Positions 56,521 to 64,000 of a stretch of DNA of 64,000 nt are shown in pieces. A program made the position numbers and the translations under genes. Every line of letters starts with the position of its first letter. Positions within the stretch are counted from its first letter, which is position 1. The notes under the pieces were generated by a model. The model saw only the letters and a list, made by a program, of their open reading frames with translations. It had not been told where the DNA came from and searched no databases. Origin of the DNA: the human T2T-CHM13v2.0 reference genome, Homo sapiens; the NCBI RefSeq assembly GCF_009914755.1, contig NC_060929.1; one strand, 5' to 3'.

Positions 56521-57511
56521 TATTATCCAACTAGGGAGAGATAGAAAGGGAGCTTCAGGTGAGAGGAACAGCATACAAAATGATCCGCAAAAGCCAGAAA
56601 TAAAACTTCTATGAGCTCAGTTCAAGCTGACTGGGTAGGTAAATGTCTGCCATGAACTTGGAAGTGAGAGAGAATCTCCCTTGGACACTCATTAAGGGGC
56701 CTCAAAGCCATGAAGAGTTGCCATGTGGTCCTTCCAGTCAATAAATAATTTTGTCCAAACACGAGTGGAAGAAAAAATTAAGAGACACCCGGATGGGGAA
56801 AACCCATTCTCTTTTTGGTGAGACAATCTAGCCAGAAGGACACTCTCGCCAGCTAGAGCTCTGCATATCCAAACAAGCACAGGTAAAGTGGAAGAACTGA
56901 CCAGAAGAGGAGAAAACATGAATTAATTAATTAATCAAAGAAACACCTGTAAGGTTCCAAGTAGGTGGCAGGTAGGCTGAGTGTTAGTGTATCCAGTCAG
57001 GCAGGTGGTGATGACAAAGGGCCCCCAGGAAACTCCCATTTGTGTGAGTGAGAAAGGCAAGAAAACAGCATGCACAATGCTACTTGAGGAGCGATGTTTG
57101 AAAAAGTGATGCACAGGTTGCAGGGGATGCACAGAAACTAGGGATGCAGCACTGGAGTGGGGTGAGAAGCTTCCAAGAAGAGACAAGCCTTCTGATGGGT
57201 CTCAAAGGAAGAGGAGGGTCTCACCAGGCAAAGGGGTTGGGGGACACATTCTAGTCAGAAGGAACACCATGGACAAAGGTTGATGAATGAAGCAGAATGA
57301 TATCTTTAAGAAGCTGCAAAACACTTTCCACCAGGAGGGTGCAGCTGGGGTGTGGCACATGAGGTTGTGAAATCAGGTCCTAAAGAGGCTGGAAGAATGT
57401 GTAGGAAGGAGATGGGCTCCGCTTGGCTCTTAGGTCTCTGCAGAAGGAAAGAGAAGGAGAATGGGACAGGTGGTGAGACTGGAGGTCTGTACACTATTTA
57501 GAAAGTTACTG

Positions 57512-57827
57512 GGCCAGGCACAGTGGATAATGCCTATAATCCCAACATTTTGGGAGGCTGAACCAGGAGGATCGCTTGAGCCCGGGAGATCAAAACCAAC
57601 TTGGGCAACATGGAAAAACCCTATATTTACAAAAAAATAAAAAATGAGCCAGCCATGTTGGTTTGCACCTGTAGTCCCACCCACTTGAGAGGCTGAAGTG
57701 GGAGGATGCCTTGAGCTCAGGAGGTTAAGGCTACAGTGAGCCATAACTGCACCACTGTACTCCAGTCTGGATGACTGAGTAAAACCCTGTCTACAAAAAT
57801 GCTCTAAAACAACAACCAAAAAAACCC
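57512..57827 (+). mobile_element. AluJ
   Basis: ggatcgcttgagccc diagnostics; TSD agaaagttactg. Confidence 0.9.
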
Positions 57828-58807
57828 AGAAAGTTACTGCATGGAGCCCAGAGGAGAAATAGTTGCAGCATCACTGGGAGGTGTGGGTAGTGGGGTGAAA
57901 AGGCTATGGCGTAAGCCTGGTGAGGAAAGGCAAAGCACCTGATGCTCCTTGGCTTCAAGTACAGATGGCAAAGCAACTGGGCAAGGAAGTCCCTGGACAG
58001 ATGCTCAGGATGATTACAGCTTCAGAATGCTGAAGTGCAGCTGTGCCTATGTTTTCTTCCTCCTGTCCTCTGCCACACTGTCCTTCGTCACCCTCTGGGG
58101 CACCTCCCCTCATATGAGAATTGAGAAATGGAGGGAGAGTACATGAGTAGTGGGGAGACACCAAGACAGCAGAGCATAGTGAAGAGAGGAGGAGAGGGGA
58201 AGCAAAACTTAAAAGAGACTCAATGAAACTGGGAGTGCTTTTGCTAATGCCACTAGGAAAAAGAAATGTGAAAATAAAATTTTATATATAAATACAAACA
58301 CATGCATATGAGTGGGTGGGTTAAACTACTATACCACCTCTTAGCCAGAATGATCTTTTCTAATTAGATTAGGAAATGAAAGTGTTAGAAGACTGAATGG
58401 GTAACATTTGAATTTTCCTTTTGAAAGATGGGCCATATTTTGACTTTAGAGGAAACACAGATGGGAAGTGCATTCTTGATCTTGGAAATGTTGTGATGAT
58501 CCATCACTGTCAGGGTGAAGTAAGGATCTTTAGCATGGCCACCAGAGCCTTATCTCCCACCTCTGTGCCTGCCTCCACCCTGGCTCTTCTGCTGCCTTTA
58601 TATTAAACATTTGTTCATTCACCACATAAGGTTCTCTCTCTTGCCTTCTTTTCCTGGTTAATTCTTACTGATCCTGCAAATCACAGCCTGAACTACTCAT
58701 CCTCAGAGAAGACATTCCTGATTTTCCCTGAACAGATAAAAAAACCCTTCACAGATTTTTGAACCCTGTGTGTCTTTCTCCCGTAGCATCTGATCCAGTC
58801 ACAGTTT

Positions 58808-58809
<2 letters not shown>

Positions 58810-58858
<49 letters not shown>

Positions 58859-58880
58859 ATGAGAGAGAGAGAGACAGAGA
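58810..58880. repeat. (TG)n(GA)n compound microsatellite within an L2 fragment
   Basis: Direct reading. Confidence 0.95.
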
Positions 58881-59289
58881 ATTTGATTAATGCATGTCTT
58901 CCCCAGTTAATCATAAACTCCATAGGGGCAAGAACCATGTCTGATTTGGCATCTACGAATGAGTGATGAATGCAAATAATGTTTGGCTATGGGGGGATGA
59001 GGTGTGGCCATGTAGGAAGATGATGTCAGGGTGTGGTACAAGGTTAAGGAAGCTGCAGCTAAAAAGGATGCCAACTTAATCTATTTTGGCCATTTTGTCT
59101 ACCCTAAGTATTATGTTCACACTGTATTTCTTCTTTCTGGACTAAGAAAAAAAAACATGTTTGCTTGTGGGGTCTTTTTTTCCTTCTAAAATATTAGACT
59201 GCAAACAAAGGCACTGTTGGGTAGTATATTTTTGTTAGCACCCAAGGGGAAATGACTGTGTTCTTGGGCTCTCCAATTTTTACGTTACA

Positions 59290-59710
59290 TGTTTTCTACA
59301 TGAGCTTTCAACCTAATGTAAGAATTAAATGCAAATTTGAGGCATATGAACTATTTTATGCAAGATCTTAAAATTGTTTTCCCTGAGACGTTCATTGAAA
59401 GTATGGCTCATTACTGAAAATCTATTCTTCAGTGTGTTCCTAACCATCTAGCCACGTCAAAAAAAGTTGCTTTAATATCTGAAGCCAAATCGCTGCTTTC
59501 CTTTGTGATTACAAGGACTCTCTTGGTAAATCAGAGTATGGCCAATGTCCAGTTGCTAAAGGTGGAAACTACAAGTTACTATTCTCCTTAAGTTACCAGC
59601 AAGATACAGTCAACATGTAGTTCTTTGGTGTCTGTCAAGAAAGTACAGAGATTTATAGGTAAAGAAGTCAATTTTCTTATCATAGATATAGTTGTCATAT
59701 GGAGAGTATG
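59290..59710 (-). pseudogene. Decayed exon, RGS22/RGSL1 N-terminal-type module (3' end uncertain)
   Basis: Acceptor ttatctcttgctttcattatttctaatcag|. Reads YSPYDNYIYDKKIDFFTYKSLYFLD...QLDIGHTLIY...[fs]VARWLGTH*RIDF[fs]VMSHTFNERL. Confidence 0.55.
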
Positions 59711-59979
59711 CTGATTAGAAATAATGAAAGCAAGAGATAAACTTAAATTGTGGAATTATCTGAGAATTTCCATTATCCATGTCCCAAGTTAACTGCAAAC
59801 AATATAAAGTTGACTATATCAATTTTTATGTACAGAAAAACATTTGGGACACAAATACATTTTAAAATCTTAAGAGTTTGCAGGGTAAAAAACATTTTGG
59901 GGGAAAAATAATTTTTCTAAGGGTTTGAGAAAAATTCAGCTTATATTTATGTATTTCAACTTCAGTAAGGATAAATGGA

Positions 59980-61330
59980 ACAGCACCACTGGAATTGAAC
60001 AATTAAGTAAGCAAATGATGGATGGTAGTTTTTCACTGTTGGAGTGGAAGATTATAGATAAGCAAGAGGAAGAAGCTAGAATGACCCATGTGGTAATGAG
60101 TTAGATTTGAAAATATCAGTATGAACTAATGCTTATCTATCTATCATCTATCTATTTATGCTTCCTGATTGTTAGATATGTGTACATACACAGGTTGGTA
60201 TACACAAATATATGTCCTTGCTCTGTCAGCCAAGAAGGCCAAAAGGAAATGACAACCCAAAAACAATGAACACACCTATTGCTCAAATCTTGGTTTTTAA
60301 TACCATTTTCCAATGAAAGGAACGTGTGCTCCTTGGAGAAATGGCTGAATCTATGATGAGGAAGGAGTTATATTGTTGATAAGCCTCAAGTATTGTGTAA
60401 TGCTAGAAAGGATGAAAGTGCATCAAAACAAAACAAACAAAAAACAGAAAACAAAACCACCACAATTGTGGGGATGTATCAAAGGGACACAAGAAATAGT
60501 ACCCAATGGCCAAAGCTGGAACAATTTCACAGCACGATTAGTATGACAGTAGTGGATTATAACCTAAGCATAAAATAAATATCCATGAGTCCATACTGAT
60601 ATACATAAATGCTGAATAATTAAATGAGGGAGAATAAGCAAATCTTCTGTGGAGAAGAATTGCAAATATTTTATGTAGATTCTCTGCCTTCAAGGAGATG
60701 GAGTATAACACCCTCTTAAGTGTGGGTTGTTTATCATGACTTCCTTCCAAAGGGTAGGTATGAAAATAATAAAAATAAGGAAAAATAATACATTTATAGT
60801 GGAAAAACCTGACCAAATCCACCTCGATCAGGTGATCAAGGTTAACATCTTTAGTCATGTTGACAGTGTGATGGAAAATGGCACATTACCCTCTGTGGTC
60901 TCTCTCCCCAAAACACTAACTACAGTCTAATCATGAAAAATCAATCAGAAAATTCCAACTGAGAGACATTCTACAAAATACCTAATCAGTACTCCTCAAA
61001 ACTGCCAAGGTAATGAAAAACAAGGAAAATCTGAGAAAATTCTATAGCAAAGATAAATGAAACACGAGAACTAAATGCAATGTGGTATCCTGAGTGGGGC
61101 CCTGGAATAGAAAAAAAGAACCTTAGGTAAAACTAAGGATATATGAATGAATAGGGACTTTAAATAATAATAATGTACCAATACTGGTTCATTCATTGTA
61201 ACAAAAGTATCATACTCCTATAAGACTTTAATAAAAGGCAGTGGGTGAGGGGTATATGGAAACTCCCTGCACTATCTTTGCCATTTTTCTGCAAATCTAA
61301 AGCTGTTTTAAAATAAAATTTATCTTTACA
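59980..61330 (+). mobile_element. L1MC-type 3' UTR
   Basis: aaatatccatgagtccatactgatat, caggtgatcaaggttaacatc, actaaatgcaatgtggtatcctg, ends aaaataaaattta. Confidence 0.85.
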
Positions 61331-61799
61331 AAGCCCTGAAAGCCTAGAAATTTAAAGTAAACTCGTACAATCAAATAGTAAGGCCTAATCTTACTGACAT
61401 AAGCCAATATTTAATTTTCTAACCCAAAATACAAACTCTTCTTCACATGTTAACCTCTATCTCCATTTTCTATGTCTACATTTCTTTAGAAGACCATAAA
61501 TCACGCTATATTATCATTAATTAGAGCCAAGTTAAAATGTTAAAATTGCTAAACATATGACTCATTTAAACAAAGGTTTACTAAAAGACAGGAAACAATT
61601 TACAGGAGGTATGCATTTTCTGCATGGTTGCATCTTTCAAGAAGACAAAGAAAGGGATTAAGAATACCTTTGTCCTAAGATACAAAAAAACCACAAGGCA
61701 AAAAGTACGACATATAAAGTTTTACACCAAACAAAAAAGAGAAAAATTTCAGCAAATCAATGTTATCATCTACTTATGATTTTTTATCATTGCAAACAA

Positions 61800-62220
61800 C
61801 GCATGTTTGTCCATCCTTACTTCGCCACCTGGACCAATGCAGGCCATGTCATATGAAATGCCTGTTCTGACCATTAGAACATCCAGACTCATTCTGGGGC
61901 TTAATCTCTTTTACTGCAGGTGCATCCACTTGTTATATTTCAGATTAGCAGCCTCAAAGAACTAGCCTCTTCCCAGTACCCATCCTTCAATTACTGCATC
62001 ATTTTCTCTAACAATTGCAGTCTTTCAACCACTTTATATGTGACAAGGCATGAGCTTGCTTCCTCTCTTGTCACTCTCCTGAGTCCTCTTCTGTTTGTCT
62101 GCAGCCCAAAAGGAAGCACAATATTCCAGCTGAGGTCTGAATGATGCAGGGTCAAGTGCATTCATTACCTCTTTATTTTGGGTTATTCTGGTTCTATTAA
62201 TACAGCTTAAGATGTTATGT
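61800..62220 (-). mobile_element. CR1/L3 fragment
   Basis: acaatattccagctgaggtctga...ctattaatacagcttaag resembles antisense L3 ORF2. Confidence 0.55.
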
Positions 62221-63286
62221 GAAATTTCCAAAATAGGTTCCATATTTTACCTTCAAAACTGTATGGCAGACACAAATACTACATTATCTGTGATTACTGT
62301 GAATGAGGTTAGCACATTATTATGTGGTTGTGAATATCATACTTGGCTTCCTGGAGACCGAATATTCATGTATCAGGGCCCTCCTGTGATGACACAGTCA
62401 GTGGCGCCCTCACAAGGGCATACCTTCTAGCCTTGTCTTATTCTTTAAAAAAAACCCACATTCTTTCTTTGTTCTAGCTACACAGCTGGAAAATCAGAAC
62501 TGAACATAATAGTGGGAAGAGAGTACTCTTTAATCTCAGTATTTAATCTCCTGATACTTTCTGGACCTCTGAAAGTATTAATACATGCATTCCCATGAGA
62601 AATATTATTGCTTCTCTAATAAATAAGGATGTCATACAAAATTAACAAATTAATAATTCAAGGACACATTCGGGTGCCAAAGAATACAGTTTTCTAATTT
62701 TTACAGGAAAATATGTAAAGTAATATAAAATTTTCACTTGTAAATAGTGCAAACTGTGTTAGAAAAAAAGACAATGCAGATGAGAGATTTCCTTGAAATG
62801 CTCTTAAAATCATGTTATTGATCCGTGTAAGTCAGCTATATCAATTCTACTGATCAAGAAATAGGTATTTTAAACACAATGCTTTCAGGAGTATACAATG
62901 TTGACAAATATGCAAAAAAAAAAAATTGCAAAACTCCAAGAAAATCAAATAATGAATGCTAGCCAAATTTCTATCCGAACTAAGCTAACTCAATGATATT
63001 ATCGTTGTCTTTAATGGAGAAACATGAATAAGGATAATCTTTAGTGGACTTAGATTAAGTAATACAATGAATAGCTATAAAATTTGTGGATCAGAATTAG
63101 AAGAGGGGAAAAACACATTAATCAAGTAGACATGTTAACAAAATAATGGATTAGTCAGGATTACATTTGAATAAATTAGCAAAGCAAAAGAAATACATTA
63201 AATATCTAATATTTAGTAACTTAGAAGAGAAAAAAATGCTGTGTATTTTACATACTAATTCATACACATGCCCAACAAATAACTAC

Positions 63287-63953
63287 CGTTTCCAGTCTTC
63301 ATGTGCACCATAACATGTGTAACATATGAAACAAAAATTTGCTCCTCCCTGATGTATATTGGTATGAAAATCTTTTAAGGTAACATGAGAATGAAAGAGA
63401 TTCTTCTTCATGCTAGACATAGAGGTTTTTAAACACATCATTTGGCTGACGTAAAGCACATTTGCAATAGGCATTAGTAACCTCAAGTTAAGAACAATAT
63501 ATGCCAGGCTGATGTACTGGACACTTCCTAAATACTGTACTCAGCAGTTTTGGAGCACTTAGCAATGATGAATTGGTGTGAAGACTCAGGTACTGAAAGG
63601 TCATTTCCCTTTTTTTCTTGAATCTTTTGCTTGTCTTGATTGACGCTCTGAAGAAGCCAAGGATACAGAAGGGGTGGAGAAAGCACGCAACCCAAATTAC
63701 CCAAAGGAGCTGCTTATAATGAACTTGAATGAAGATAGATTTTGGGGAGAGGTGGGGGAAAGTGGCCACAATCTTCAATATTCTTTTGAAGTGTTACTGC
63801 TTTCAAAGTTGTGATTTTTCTCAAGGTAAAGCTGTTTGACACAGATAGACTCATCTGTCAATCAAACATCTTTTACTCATGGCCAGGTCAAATACTTGAC
63901 TATTCTAGTAGTGGTATCAAACTCTTAGTGCCAATATAAAACAGCCAACTCAC
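63287..63953 (-). pseudogene. Decayed exon of RGS-like pseudogene
   Basis: Strong acceptor tttttcattttcttattatttcttttccctggctag|. Phase-1 reading (G)ELAVLYWH*EFDTTTRIVKYLTWP*...ICVKQLYLEKN resembles the GE-xx-h-FW helix of RGSL1/RGS22. Tentative donor ACG|GTAGTT. Confidence 0.55.
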
Positions 63954-64000
63954 CTAGCCAGGGAAAAGAAATAATAAGAAAATGAAAAAGTGCACTGAGC

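Noticed and set aside
63948-63990. TAG|GTGAGT after a strong pyrimidine tract as a recursive splice site
   Set aside because: GT GAG is explained more simply as the Gly-Glu codons opening the GELAVLYW exon.

Overview
AT-rich primate (human-like) genomic DNA. I find no intact protein-coding exon, and the supplied ORFs are mostly repeat-derived or chance. About half the window is transposon-derived: 8 Alus, old L1/L2/CR1/MIR fragments, a full-length THE1 MaLR provirus, MLT1, MER2 and MER5A. There is also one processed NDUFB4 pseudogene with a 15-bp target-site duplication. The main observation is that the non-repetitive islands form a chain of about 20 minus-strand exon-like segments across the whole window. 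Most have a pyrimidine-tract/AG acceptor, many have a GT donor, and several junctions are phase-compatible. Their stop- and frameshift-riddled translations repeatedly show RGS-domain motifs and an RGS22/RGSL1-type module. I interpret this as the remains of a large, unprocessed, probably unitary multi-RGS-domain gene. The family assignment comes from manual comparison with remembered consensus sequences and needs HMM/tBLASTn confirmation. Many exon 3' ends and old-repeat boundaries are approximate.
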